Origin: Promethearchaeota archaeon
GTDB lineage: Archaea > Asgardarchaeota > Lokiarchaeia > Sigyniarchaeales > SOKP01
Assembly (NCBI GenBank): GCA_016839745.1
Contig: JAEOTS010000157.1
Location: forward strand, 1-64,000
Direction of reading: 5' to 3'
Length of the DNA: 64,000 bases
In this document: positions 1-9,766 of the stretch, piece after piece
Position numbering within the stretch: position 1 is the first letter of the stretch
How the letters are laid out: each line of letters opens with the position of its first letter
The notes under the pieces: generated by a model
Database searches by the model: none
What the model saw: only the letters and a program-made list of their open reading frames with translations
Told to the model about the DNA's origin: nothing
Position numbers and translations under genes: made by a program

Positions 1-267
1 AGGAATCTCGCGGTTTTTCGCAATTTGAAGAACTTTATTATTTATATCAACAGCAGTGATAAATTTTGAAACAGATGCAATTGTCTTAGTCCAATAACCA
101 GTTCCACATGCAACCTCAAGTACTATACGACCGCTTAATAGGTTCTTTAGCAATTTTTGAAGCTTTTTAATATCTTTTTGGCGTTCAGGTCTCAAATACG
201 TCTTATCATATTCATATGCTCTGTCTGCATAATACTGCTCGATATCTTTATCAATTTTTCTTGACAT
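1..267 (-). CDS. Class I SAM-dependent methyltransferase, 5' part (runs off window edge)
   Basis: Manual translation from ATG 267: MSRKIDKDIEQYYADRAYEYD...VLEVACGTGYWT...ITAVDIN (motif I and acidic motif II). Not in the ORF track. Confidence 0.85.
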   Translation of the reverse strand, partial: MSRKIDKDIEQYYADRAYEYDKTYLRPERQKDIKKLQKLLKNLLSGRIVLEVACGTGYWTKTIASVSKFITAVDINNKVLQIAKNREIP

Positions 268-290
268 GTATATGCAATTTTAGTTAACTA

Positions 291-515
291 TTACAATATA
301 TAGTCACATAATCTTATTTTATACTGAAATGAAAAATTTTCTGATTTACGAACTGTTTTGTGCCGATGACCATCAGGAATCGAAAAAGGAAAGACAACAG
401 CAGAAACCCCTTCGAAATTTTTTCCATCTCTTCTAAAATTATATTCTTCTCTAACTGTGAATGTGTCCCATTTAGCTTTTCCCTGACTTGCATGTTTATT
501 ACCAACTATAGCCAT
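291..515 (-). CDS. Hypothetical protein (74 aa)
   Basis: ATG-started ORF in a run of short minus-strand ORFs; no recognisable motif. Confidence 0.35.
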   Translation of the reverse strand: MAIVGNKHASQGKAKWDTFTVREEYNFRRDGKNFEGVSAVVFPFSIPDGHRHKTVRKSENFSFQYKIRLCDYIL

Positions 516-519
516 ATAA

Positions 520-711
520 TTAAATGGTTATTTCACTTAGCGCAATTACGCTTGTCATGTGAGTTCTATCCCTTTCCTTAAAATTTTTTATAGCTTGTTC
601 CAATTCAGGATTTTTATAATCTAATGGTAGATTCTGATCACAGGTAAAACATGCTAAACAACGTAATCCATTTCTAATATTTTTATCTTTTATTGTATGT
701 TTTTCGTCCAT
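520..711 (-). CDS. Hypothetical small protein with CxxCxxC
   Basis: 63-aa ORF containing CLACFTC; co-oriented with neighbours. Confidence 0.45.
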   Translation of the reverse strand: MDEKHTIKDKNIRNGLRCLACFTCDQNLPLDYKNPELEQAIKNFKERDRTHMTSVIALSEITI

Positions 712-761
712 TTTTTAATAATTCTATCTTGTTATTAATATTTTATCCTCTAAAAAGGGTT

Positions 762-935
762 TTAAGATTTATCTTTTACTTCTTTATATTTTGTTAATTT
801 TCTTAGCCTAATTTCGTATAATGCATTTGGATCAATTATTCCTTCTGTAAGTAAATCTGGTGGAATCGCAATTTTATAATAATTTCCTTGTTTTTGTGGT
901 TTTGCAGGAAAAATTATTGCTTCTTTATTTACCAT
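762..935 (-). CDS. AbrB/MazE-like swapped-hairpin small DNA-binding protein (57 aa)
   Basis: Manual translation MVNKEAIIFPAKPQKQGNYYKIAIPPDLLTEGIIDPNALYEIRLRKL...; KQGNxxxIxIP pattern is typical of AbrB folds. Confidence 0.6.
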   Translation of the reverse strand: MVNKEAIIFPAKPQKQGNYYKIAIPPDLLTEGIIDPNALYEIRLRKLTKYKEVKDKS

Positions 936-1098
936 GTATAAATTATATATTCATTATATAAAAAATTAACGCACTCAATATATCAAGCGTATATAATATA
1001 CAAAAGTGTTAAATATCAAAAATGAATATCTATTATTTGTTAAGGAACTAAAACGTTCATTATATTATTAAGAAATTAAGAAAAAAGGTGACTAAAAA

Positions 1099-1221
1099 AT
1101 GGTTAAGAAAAAGAAAGAAAAGAAAAAGAAAGGGAAGCAAGAAGAGAAAGAAGAAGTAAAAGAGGAAGAGAAAGAGGAAGAGAAGGAAGAAGAAGAGAAA
1201 GAGGAAGTGAAAGAAGAATAG
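1099..1221 (+). CDS. 40-aa Lys/Glu low-complexity peptide
   Basis: MVKKKKEKKKKGKQEEKEEVKEEEKEEEKEEEEKEEVKEE; SD AGGTGA just upstream of the ATG. Confidence 0.6.
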   Translation: MVKKKKEKKKKGKQEEKEEVKEEEKEEEKEEEEKEEVKEE

Positions 1222-1588
1222 TAATTACTTAAATGTATATTAATTTAGAATTCTCTCGTTGTTTCCAAATAATTATTGACTTTTCCATAACCTTAGTAAA
1301 TATACTAATAATAATAAAATTACAATTTATTGAATCATATCCATAAAATGAAAATGTTTTAATATTTGTATCTATAAAAATGGGGAAGGGAAATTTATTT
1401 CAAGATAATTTGAGCTGATATTGGATTTCGCCCTCTATTAAACTCTATTGAGTTTAATCTCTCCCTGATTTTTTTGTAACGGTTCGGATTTCTTTTCTCT
1501 TCCCTTCTCCTCATAAAAGAATTTAGGAAAATAATAAAAATTAAATTTAAGTGAATCAGGATTAATACAAGGAAGGGAAGTGACTTAA

Positions 1589-1759
1589 ATAAGGCTAAAA
1601 GTATGTTTTAAATGTCATGAATATATACCTATTCTTGAGGATAATTATATCAATAAAGAAAAATTGGAAAAGTTTGATTCATTATATTCTGGCCATTCTG
1701 TTCAGATTGTAAATGAAGAAGAGTTAGAGAATAAAAGAGAATGGAAACCATTTTTATGA
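1589..1759 (+). CDS. Small CxxC protein (56 aa), probable ATA start
   Basis: Open frame (M)RLKVCFKCHEYIPILEDNYINKEKLEKFDSLYSGHSVQIVNEEEL...; stop immediately upstream; SD-like GAAGTGA. Confidence 0.5.
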   Translation: MRLKVCFKCHEYIPILEDNYINKEKLEKFDSLYSGHSVQIVNEEELENKREWKPFL

Positions 1760-1784
1760 AAATAAGAAGAAAAAGGAGATGAGA

Positions 1785-1952
1785 ATGAAAAAAGAAATTG
1801 TTTTATCTCTAATCAATGCCTTGAAAATGCTAAAAGATATAATGATTAACCATAATAAAACATTTAGGGGTTACTTAGATGTTCGATCAATGTTTATGAT
1901 GAATAGAATTCTCTATCAAGAAGAGGGATTTAAAAAAATAACTGAAGATTAA
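1785..1952 (+). CDS. Hypothetical small protein (55 aa)
   Basis: MKKEIVLSLINALKMLKDIMINHNKTFRGYLDVRS...; SD AGGAGA upstream. Confidence 0.55.
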   Translation: MKKEIVLSLINALKMLKDIMINHNKTFRGYLDVRSMFMMNRILYQEEGFKKITED

Positions 1953-2035
1953 ATTTTAAACAGTTTATGTAGAAAAATAAATCTTAATGTTGAATATAAT
2001 GTGAAAATTTGATGGAAATTTCTTTTTCATTTTTC

Positions 2036-3238
2036 TTATTCTTTGTTTATATTCGTATTGTTAAATTCCTTTATTAAAATTGGAATAACTTCATTAAGGT
2101 CGCCTACGATTCCATAATGAGCAACATTAAAAATAGGGGCATCGGGATCTTTATTAATTGCAACGATAACATTGGAATTTTCCATACCTACAATATGTTG
2201 GATTGCCCCAGAAATACCGCATGCAATATAAAGTTTAGGAGAAACGGTTACACCTGTTTGACCGATTTGTCTATCTGGTTCAAGCCAATTTAACTCAACG
2301 GTTATTCTTGACCCTCCCAATTCTGCGCCTAATACATTTGCTAATTCTTCTATAAGTTTAAAGTTATCTTTAGAACCTACTCCTCGTCCCCCTGCTACTA
2401 TGATTTTTGCGTCTTCGAGGTTTACTGTAGTTCTACTCGTATTTATTACTTTTACAATCTTTGAAACGGAATCTTTTTCTTCAAACGAGTAATCAATTTT
2501 TCTGATAGATGCTTTTTTTTCCCCTTTCTTAGGTGCTTTAAAAATCCCAGGTCTTACTGTAGCCATTTGTGGTCTACTAGAAGGAGTTCTAATCGTAGCC
2601 ATGATATTACCTCCGAAAGTAGGACGGGTTTGAAGAAGATTTTTCGTCTCGAGATTAATGTTTAACCCCGTACAGTCTGCCGTTAAACCCGCATTAAGTC
2701 TTTTAGCTACTCTTGGTGCAAAATCTCTTCCTGTAGGAGTAGCTCCAATTAATATTATCTCCGGTTTATTTTCAATTATTAACTCTGAAATTACCTTTAC
2801 GTATAAATCTGAATAATAATCTTTCAATATAGGCGAGCGCACGTAGATTATCTCATCCATCCCATATTGACTAAAATCTTCCAATTTTTCGTCGAAACTA
2901 TTTCCTAATATTATAAATGTTAAATTAACGCCTAATGCATCTGCTAATTCTCGTCCTTTTCCTAATAACTGGAACGCTACACTATGGATCCTTTTTTTGT
3001 AATGTTCAGCAATAACCCAAACGCCTTTGAACTGAGATAGATCTATTTTCTCAACTGTGTCTTCATCGCGTTCTAGCGATATTGCTTCTACAGGACAAGC
3101 TTCAACACATGCTCCGCATAGATTACAGTTTGGTAACAATTTCGCTTTTTCGTTTTTTAATTCAATGGCTCCAAAGGGACAACTGTCTACACAGTTTCCA
3201 CACCCAGTACATAGCTCATCGTCAATGATAATACTCAA
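2036..3238 (-). CDS. etfA: Electron transfer flavoprotein alpha subunit with N-terminal 2x[4Fe-4S] ferredoxin domain
   Basis: CTGCGNCVDSCP and CNLCGACVEACP; GLTADCT, RPTFGGN, QIGQTG, GISGAIQH, AINKD motifs. Confidence 0.95.
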   Translation of the reverse strand: MSIIIDDELCTGCGNCVDSCPFGAIELKNEKAKLLPNCNLCGACVEACPVEAISLERDEDTVEKIDLSQFKGVWVIAEHYKKRIHSVAFQLLGKGRELADALGVNLTFIILGNSFDEKLEDFSQYGMDEIIYVRSPILKDYYSDLYVKVISELIIENKPEIILIGATPTGRDFAPRVAKRLNAGLTADCTGLNINLETKNLLQTRPTFGGNIMATIRTPSSRPQMATVRPGIFKAPKKGEKKASIRKIDYSFEEKDSVSKIVKVINTSRTTVNLEDAKIIVAGGRGVGSKDNFKLIEELANVLGAELGGSRITVELNWLEPDRQIGQTGVTVSPKLYIACGISGAIQHIVGMENSNVIVAINKDPDAPIFNVAHYGIVGDLNEVIPILIKEFNNTNINKE

Positions 3239-3251
3239 TTATGGCGTCCTC

Positions 3252-4058
3252 CTAAAAGATTTTATCGTTTTTTAAATTTTGGCATAATTTTAGAGCTATT
3301 TCTTCAAGCGTTCCTTTTAAAATAATGTGATTACCCTTTCTTTCAGGAGAGAAAATTTTCCAAACTTCAGTATTCGAACCATTTAAACCAATTTTCGATT
3401 TGTCAGCGTTTAAAGCGTTGGCATCAAAGTGAATAATTTTGGAATCATCATGAGCTTTCAAAATTCCAGCCATGCTAGGATACCTAGGTTTATTAATATC
3501 GTTTAAAACGGATATTAATGCAGGTAACTTCGTTTCAATTACTACGATCTCGACTGCTCTAAATTTTCTTTCAGCAACTATTTTATCCCCATTTAATTCT
3601 ACGCTTAAAACATACGCAACCTGTGGAATTCCTAACTCTTCTGCTAATTCTGGAGGAACTTGTCCCGTATCTCCATCTATAGCTTGAGCACCACAAATGA
3701 CAAGATATTTTTGTTCAGAATCAGATTCACTCAGTATTTTTTTGATTGCTAATGCTAATGTGTAGGATGTAGCAAGCGTATCTGCTCCAGCGAAAGCTCT
3801 ATCCGTTAATAGAAATCCTTTATCTGCTCCCATAGCTATGGCCTCCCGCAATATTTCTTCTGCCTGTGGAGGGCCCATACTGAGAACTACAACCTCAGCA
3901 CTATGTTTTTCCTTTAAAGTTAAAGCTAATTCAATAGCATTTCGATCGTTAGGGTTGATTACAGATAAAATCCCCTCTCTTACAAGCGTATTGGTTTTAG
4001 GGTCTATTTTTACTTCTGATACGCCTGGTACTTGTTTTACGCAAACAAATATTTTCAA
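3252..4058 (-). CDS. etfB: Electron transfer flavoprotein beta subunit
   Basis: VCVKQVP, FAGADTLATS, GAQAIDGDTGQV. Confidence 0.95.
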   Translation of the reverse strand: MKIFVCVKQVPGVSEVKIDPKTNTLVREGILSVINPNDRNAIELALTLKEKHSAEVVVLSMGPPQAEEILREAIAMGADKGFLLTDRAFAGADTLATSYTLALAIKKILSESDSEQKYLVICGAQAIDGDTGQVPPELAEELGIPQVAYVLSVELNGDKIVAERKFRAVEIVVIETKLPALISVLNDINKPRYPSMAGILKAHDDSKIIHFDANALNADKSKIGLNGSNTEVWKIFSPERKGNHIILKGTLEEIALKLCQNLKNDKIF

Positions 4059-4218
4059 ATCGAAATACCTTTTTATTTTTAGCTCTCTTTAGAATAAAAA
4101 CTATCAATATTTTATTTAAACGAATAATTTATTTAAGAAAAATAAATTTATCGATATTAAATCAAAAATATGAAAGAAAAATTAGTTAAATAATAATAAT
4201 GAATAGCATTTGAATCAT

Positions 4219-5373
4219 CTAGGCTCCTTTTCTTAATAAATTAGTAGCGATTACTAATCTTTGAATTTCGCTCGTTCCTTCGTAAATCTCGCCCATCTTT
4301 GCGTCTCTAAAGTATCTCTCTACGGGATATGCTTTCATCAATCCATAACCTCCGTGAATCTGAACCGCACCATGTGCAGCTTGCATTGCTGCTTCAGAAG
4401 CAACTAACTTCGCCATGGAACTAGCCATTCCGAAATCTGATCCCTTATCGTGTAAATAAGCAGCTTTATAAGTAAATAACCGACCCGATTCAATAGCAAC
4501 CGCCATATCGGCAATTTTCCATTGAATAGCTTGGAATCTTCCGATAGGTTTGTTAAACTGGACTCTCTCATTTGCGTATTTAATTGAAGCTTCTAGTGCT
4601 GCTTGTCCTAAACCGACACATTGCGCGGCTATACCTATTCTTCCAAAATCCAAGATTTTCATTGCCATCTTAAACCCTTCACCGGGATTTCCTAAAATAT
4701 TCTCCTGAGGCACTCTTACGTCTTGGAACACGAGCTCTGAGGTGTTAGATGCCCGAACGCCCATCTTATCTTCTTTAACTCCCACTGAATAACCTGGCGT
4801 ATCAGAATCCACGATAAAAACGGTCATTTGTTTCCTACTATCTTTTTCACCCGTTTTAGCTACTACAAGTAGTGTCCCCGCAATACCCCCCGATGTTGCG
4901 AATATTTTGGTTCCATTAAGTATGTAATCGTCTCCATCTTTAACAGCGGTTAATTGAACTCCTCCTGCGTCGCTTCCAGCATTAGCCTCTGTAAGGCAGA
5001 AAGCTCCCACTTTATTACCTTTTGCGAGATCGATTAAAAATTTTTGTTTTTGTTCTTCCGTACCATATTTATAGATAGGGTACGCAGCAACACCATTGTG
5101 TACTGCTGTTGTAATTCCCCAAGCAGCGTCTGCTCGTGCGATCTCTTCTATAACGATGCTAAAACCTATTGTATCGTTATGAAGTCCTGCTCCTCCATAT
5201 TCTTCTGGTATACAGCCACCAAAAAAATTCATTTCTTTCATTTTTTGAAAGACTTTATCGTCCAATTCTTGCTTCTCATCGCTCTCTCGAGCGACAGGTA
5301 CAATATACTCTTCAGCAAACTGTCGAGTTATTTTTTTTAGCATTTTTTGCTTTTCAGTAAGCGAAAATTCCAT
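4219..5373 (-). CDS. Acyl-CoA dehydrogenase (butyryl-CoA dehydrogenase-like)
   Basis: FCLTEANAGSD, GRIGIAAQ, QIHGGYG, IYEGTSEIQR. Confidence 0.95.
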   Translation of the reverse strand: MEFSLTEKQKMLKKITRQFAEEYIVPVARESDEKQELDDKVFQKMKEMNFFGGCIPEEYGGAGLHNDTIGFSIVIEEIARADAAWGITTAVHNGVAAYPIYKYGTEEQKQKFLIDLAKGNKVGAFCLTEANAGSDAGGVQLTAVKDGDDYILNGTKIFATSGGIAGTLLVVAKTGEKDSRKQMTVFIVDSDTPGYSVGVKEDKMGVRASNTSELVFQDVRVPQENILGNPGEGFKMAMKILDFGRIGIAAQCVGLGQAALEASIKYANERVQFNKPIGRFQAIQWKIADMAVAIESGRLFTYKAAYLHDKGSDFGMASSMAKLVASEAAMQAAHGAVQIHGGYGLMKAYPVERYFRDAKMGEIYEGTSEIQRLVIATNLLRKGA

Positions 5374-5492
5374 AAAATCACTATTAAGTCTTGTTATTTT
5401 TATTTTTTAAATATATACTATAATTTAAATTATCATTTAAGATAAATTCATTCTTGTTATAGAGTATTAGTGCAGCTTTCTCTAACAAATAT

Positions 5493-6257
5493 TTACGATC
5501 TTTCTAAGAATTCTTTTAGTTTTCTTTTTGGTTCTCCAGAAGAAAACCGCTCTTGAAACGCTTTTCCTTCCATTTGAAATCCCTCCTCGTTGTTGTAGAT
5601 TCCCATTTGAATCAATTTCTTGCTTAATGCAATAGCTCTACCTGAACACTTTACTATTTCGCCAGCTAATCCTTTTACTCTTATTTCAAGTTCTTCCAAT
5701 GGCACGATTTCATTTATTAAACCAATATTGAAAGCTTCTGAAGCATTGATGATTCTTGAAGTGTAAATAAGCTCTTTTGCCTTCATTGGACCGACTAAAC
5801 GAATTAATCTTTGAGTAGCTCCAGCAGCGGGAGTCATGCCCCATTTCGTCTCAACTTGTCCAAATTTCGCGTTGTCAGCAGCAACAATTATATCGGCACA
5901 CAACATAAGCTCAAATCCCGCAGTAAGATTCAATCCTTTTACTGCTGCGATGACTGGAATTGGAAAATTTTCAATTTTAGCAAATACCTTCTGTAAGTAT
6001 CTCGTCATTTCTTTCGCTTTAGAATTTTCTAATGTCACTAACCATTTTATATCAAGCCCTACAGTAAAAATATCATCTAAAGCAGTGGTGATTACTAAAA
6101 CTCGGAGGTCGCTGTTATGTTTAATCTCATCATCTAAAATTTGTTCTAATTCATTGACGACAGTGATGTCAAAAGCGTTTTTTTTATTAGGGTTATTAAG
6201 GTATAGCCAAAAGATGTGATCCTCTACTTTAGTAAGCCAGAATTTAAAATCTACCAT
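5493..6257 (-). CDS. Enoyl-CoA hydratase/isomerase (crotonase family)
   Basis: PVIAAVKG..AGFEL, FGQVETKWG, GATQRL. Confidence 0.9.
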   Translation of the reverse strand: MVDFKFWLTKVEDHIFWLYLNNPNKKNAFDITVVNELEQILDDEIKHNSDLRVLVITTALDDIFTVGLDIKWLVTLENSKAKEMTRYLQKVFAKIENFPIPVIAAVKGLNLTAGFELMLCADIIVAADNAKFGQVETKWGMTPAAGATQRLIRLVGPMKAKELIYTSRIINASEAFNIGLINEIVPLEELEIRVKGLAGEIVKCSGRAIALSKKLIQMGIYNNEEGFQMEGKAFQERFSSGEPKRKLKEFLERS

Positions 6258-6353
6258 GATTAATATTATATTTTTTTGTAATTTAATATCTTTTGACTAA
6301 TATCTTTTAAGATTCCAATAATAATCGAACTGAACTTGTATTAGTATGAGAAT

Positions 6354-7166
6354 TTAATTGAGAATTTCAAAGGGCATCTCTGAATCTGGTTTTCTCGACA
6401 ATTTTTTTGGGCCAGCGTATATTATAACAATGATTAAATATATTCCAATCAATATTCCGCCACCAATATAGAATACCATTTGAGGTAATAATCCAAGATA
6501 TCCAGTAATAAATGCGCCGTTAAAATTAAAGCTAAAATGGAAAATTACAGTGATGATCAAGCTACCTTTTGTATTATTATATGCCCATGTTATTAATATT
6601 GAGATTACAAGATTGAGGAAAATAAATATATAAAATGGCAACCGGGTTTCAACAAAGTGTAAAGGGATATGCCAACAAGCCCAAATAACTCCTAAAATCA
6701 AACTAGAATATAAAGCATTAAACTTTGATTCAAGTCTAGGTAAAGCAAAGCCTCTCCATCCTGCTTCCTCACTTAAAGGACCAGATAATAGTGTAGTTAA
6801 CAGATAAAATAAGAATAAGGGAAAATTTAATCCTAATACTGCACCAGGGGCGGTTCCTCCAAGTAAAAGATATATCCCGGCAAAAATTAGTGGAACTATC
6901 ATCAACAAAAATCCGGCTAAATACCATTTAAAACCTACCTTCCACTTTAAAAATCCTTTCAATAAATTTTTAACTTCTTTCCAACCTCCAATTAGCCAAG
7001 AAACAACTATAGCTGATATGGTTGGATTCCAAACTGACAAAAACCAATAAACAATGAAGGATAAATTGCAAAATAATCTAAGAACAACAGTAGTAATCAT
7101 TATAAGATAAGTTAATACAAAAAAGACAGTAAGTGAATACTTTTTTATAAATTCTAAAGATTTCAT
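6354..7166 (-). CDS. CPBP/CAAX-like intramembrane metalloprotease
   Basis: EEAGWRG, WACWH and HFSFN motifs; multiple TM segments. Confidence 0.9.
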   Translation of the reverse strand: MKSLEFIKKYSLTVFFVLTYLIMITTVVLRLFCNLSFIVYWFLSVWNPTISAIVVSWLIGGWKEVKNLLKGFLKWKVGFKWYLAGFLLMIVPLIFAGIYLLLGGTAPGAVLGLNFPLFLFYLLTTLLSGPLSEEAGWRGFALPRLESKFNALYSSLILGVIWACWHIPLHFVETRLPFYIFIFLNLVISILITWAYNNTKGSLIITVIFHFSFNFNGAFITGYLGLLPQMVFYIGGGILIGIYLIIVIIYAGPKKLSRKPDSEMPFEILN

Positions 7167-7252
7167 AAATAATATTTATCATTAATGTATATAAAATTTC
7201 TATAGGTCAATTTTTAGGTAGCATTAAATTTTATTTTTACATAATAAGATCT

Positions 7253-8068
7253 ATGATAAAAAGCAGTCAACACTTCAAAATTTCAAAACAAAAAGACTAT
7301 CTTTATGTTATTAATGAAAATATCTCTCTTATCAATTCTGTTTATACTAATGATCCACTAAACTTGTATTTAATTTTAGGCACACACACAGCTCTTCTAC
7401 TTGATACTGGATGCGGTCTTTTCCCGTTAAAACCAATTGTCGATGAGTTGAAAGGATCAAGAAAACTGCTTGTCTTCAATACTCATTACCATTGGGATCA
7501 TCCTTTGGGTAATTTAGATTTCGGAGAGGTTTATATTCATGAAAATGAAGTTGATCTTGTCTCGAAACCTTATGATGTTTCCTATTTTAAAGATTCTCCT
7601 AATGAAATTGTAAGGGTATACGCTGAGCAAAATTATTTGATTCCCCCTGCGGAAGTAATTAAACCTTTAAAAGATGGAGAAATTTTTGACTTAGGTGAAA
7701 TAGTGATTAAAGTTTTACATTGTCCCGGACATTCTCCTGGCTCTATTTGCTTATTATCATCCAAAGGAGAACTTTTTACTGGCGATGTAGCCTATTATGG
7801 GGATCAGTTTCTACCAAAAAGAGAGGAATTTCATATTGTTCTCAAAAGTCTTTCTAAATTAATTAATATATGTAAACAGAATGAAAAGGTTGAACTTTAT
7901 CCGTCACATAGAAATTTTCCATGTAATATTTCACTCTTAATTGATCTATACAAAGGAATTAAGAACATTGAAAATTTATGGGAAATTAGAGAGGCATTTG
8001 ATTTCTTCCAAGCTTGGCAGATTGATGATCCCAGCGGAAAGTTTCGATACTTTATTTCAAGAAATTAA
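7253..8068 (+). CDS. MBL-fold metallo-hydrolase
   Basis: THYHWDH, PGHSPGS, FTGD. Confidence 0.9.
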   Translation: MIKSSQHFKISKQKDYLYVINENISLINSVYTNDPLNLYLILGTHTALLLDTGCGLFPLKPIVDELKGSRKLLVFNTHYHWDHPLGNLDFGEVYIHENEVDLVSKPYDVSYFKDSPNEIVRVYAEQNYLIPPAEVIKPLKDGEIFDLGEIVIKVLHCPGHSPGSICLLSSKGELFTGDVAYYGDQFLPKREEFHIVLKSLSKLINICKQNEKVELYPSHRNFPCNISLLIDLYKGIKNIENLWEIREAFDFFQAWQIDDPSGKFRYFISRN

Positions 8069-8394
8069 ACTTTTGAATTTACCATGTCAAGCAATTCTAC
8101 AATTCTTTCTTCATCTATTTCACTGAGAGATTTAACTTTAACATGTCTCGTAAGTTTACCATCTCCTTCAAAAAGAGCTATTTCATCATCATTTAATTTT
8201 TTAATTGAAAATCCCAGATTCACATGGTTCTTTAAAGCCACAATATAGAATTTATCATCATAGTAAGGAACCCCATATTTCATTCGTTCATTAATTGAGG
8301 GATAATTGTTTAAAATAATGCTTTTTAATTTTTTACATATCTCTTTTTGAGGAGACTGCTGTTTTTCTATATATTCATTAACATTGCTACTCAT
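8065..8394 (-). CDS. DUF1801 (YdhG-like) protein
   Basis: VNEYI...ERMKYGVPYY...HVNLGF...EGDGKLTRHVK; start moved to the ATG at 8394. Confidence 0.8.
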   Translation of the reverse strand: MSSNVNEYIEKQQSPQKEICKKLKSIILNNYPSINERMKYGVPYYDDKFYIVALKNHVNLGFSIKKLNDDEIALFEGDGKLTRHVKVKSLSEIDEERIVELLDMVNSKV

Positions 8395-8534
8395 ACGAAG
8401 AATTATAATAATCTTTGATTTAAAATTTATTAAATTAAGGTTTGATAAATTATAATCCAAATTATAAAATATAATAGGCTCTAATTTTAATAATTGATTT
8501 TAACATAAAATATAAACAAAAAGGTGATAATTTA

Positions 8535-9044
8535 ATGGCAAAAATAGCAATTATAGCTACAGATGGCTTTGAGGAAGCAGAACTTATATACCCTTTTTAT
8601 CGGTTAAAAGAAGCGGGGCATGAAAGCGTAATAATTAGCCTTGGAAAAAGACCAATTGAAGGGAAATTTGGATATGTAATGAAACCTACATTTAGAATTG
8701 ATGAAGTGAGCCCCAATGATTACGACGGAGTTATCGTACCAGGTGGAACCAAAAATCCTGATTATTTAAGAAGAAATAAAGATGTTCTTGACTTCGTGCG
8801 TACAATAGACCAACAACATAAGCTAGTTGGTGCGATCTGTCATGCGGGATGGGTACTAATTTCTTCAAAGGTCATAAGAAATAGAAAAGCAACAAGTTAT
8901 TATGCAATAAAGGACGATATGATTAACGCTGGAGCAAATTTTGAAGACACATCGGTAGTGGTTGATGGAAATTTAATAACATCAAGGAAGCCAGATGATT
9001 TACCTGACTTTATGAAAGAAGTCTTAAAATTTATACGAGGTTAG
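8535..9044 (+). CDS. pfpI: DJ-1/PfpI family deglycase/protease
   Basis: DGFEEAEL, VPGG, AICHAG, ITSRKPDDLP; SD AGGTGA. Confidence 0.9.
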   Translation: MAKIAIIATDGFEEAELIYPFYRLKEAGHESVIISLGKRPIEGKFGYVMKPTFRIDEVSPNDYDGVIVPGGTKNPDYLRRNKDVLDFVRTIDQQHKLVGAICHAGWVLISSKVIRNRKATSYYAIKDDMINAGANFEDTSVVVDGNLITSRKPDDLPDFMKEVLKFIRG

Positions 9045-9234
9045 TTCTACGACCGTTTTACACCTACATCTAGGGTGAAACTTTATATTTAAAAATTATT
9101 ATCGAATTTTATGTCAAACCTATAATCTTGAGCGCTTAGAGTATTATAATTCTGAGCCCCTATCTTTAAAATGTTTATTAAACATGAACTATAATTGAAG
9201 TAAATAAAAATTTAAATGAAAAGGTGAAACTAAA

Positions 9235-9765
9235 ATGAATTTAACTTGTACTGGCTGTGGAAATGAAATTGAAACGTTACCTATACAATGTGCACATAGT
9301 CTTAGCAAAAATACCGAAACCAATCAGATGGAGTGCTATATGGAAAATTGCGGAGTTATCTCGATTAATGAATTTATATGTGAGAATTGTTGTACCAAAA
9401 GGAATATCATGAAACTAAACAAAACTTTCGAGCGATTATCCTCAGAAAACGAAGAATTCAAGGAAGAGCTAGCATTTTTCGATAAAAATATCATCCAAAT
9501 AAATACTCCTGACTCTGATTTTAAATTCTGGGTCGAGTTTGGAAAAGGAGTTTATTTATGTGATAAAGGTGTAAAAGATGATGCTCCGATAACATTCATC
9601 ATCCCTAAGAAAAACATGAATCTAATTCTTGAGGGAAAACTGGAAGCTTTCGATGAGTTTTTCAGTGGAAATCTTAAAATTGAAGGGGATCTCCAATACG
9701 GAATAGTTTTTTTTGATATCGTAAAGCTAGCTTCAGAGATTATAAATGAAACAGGAGGGGCTTAA
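9235..9765 (+). CDS. Cys-rich (Zn-binding) domain fused to SCP2 sterol/lipid-binding domain
   Basis: N-terminal CTGC...C..H...C...C...CENC; C-terminal FFSGNLKIEGDL SCP2 signature. Confidence 0.75.
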   Translation: MNLTCTGCGNEIETLPIQCAHSLSKNTETNQMECYMENCGVISINEFICENCCTKRNIMKLNKTFERLSSENEEFKEELAFFDKNIIQINTPDSDFKFWVEFGKGVYLCDKGVKDDAPITFIIPKKNMNLILEGKLEAFDEFFSGNLKIEGDLQYGIVFFDIVKLASEIINETGGA

Positions 9766-9766
9766 T

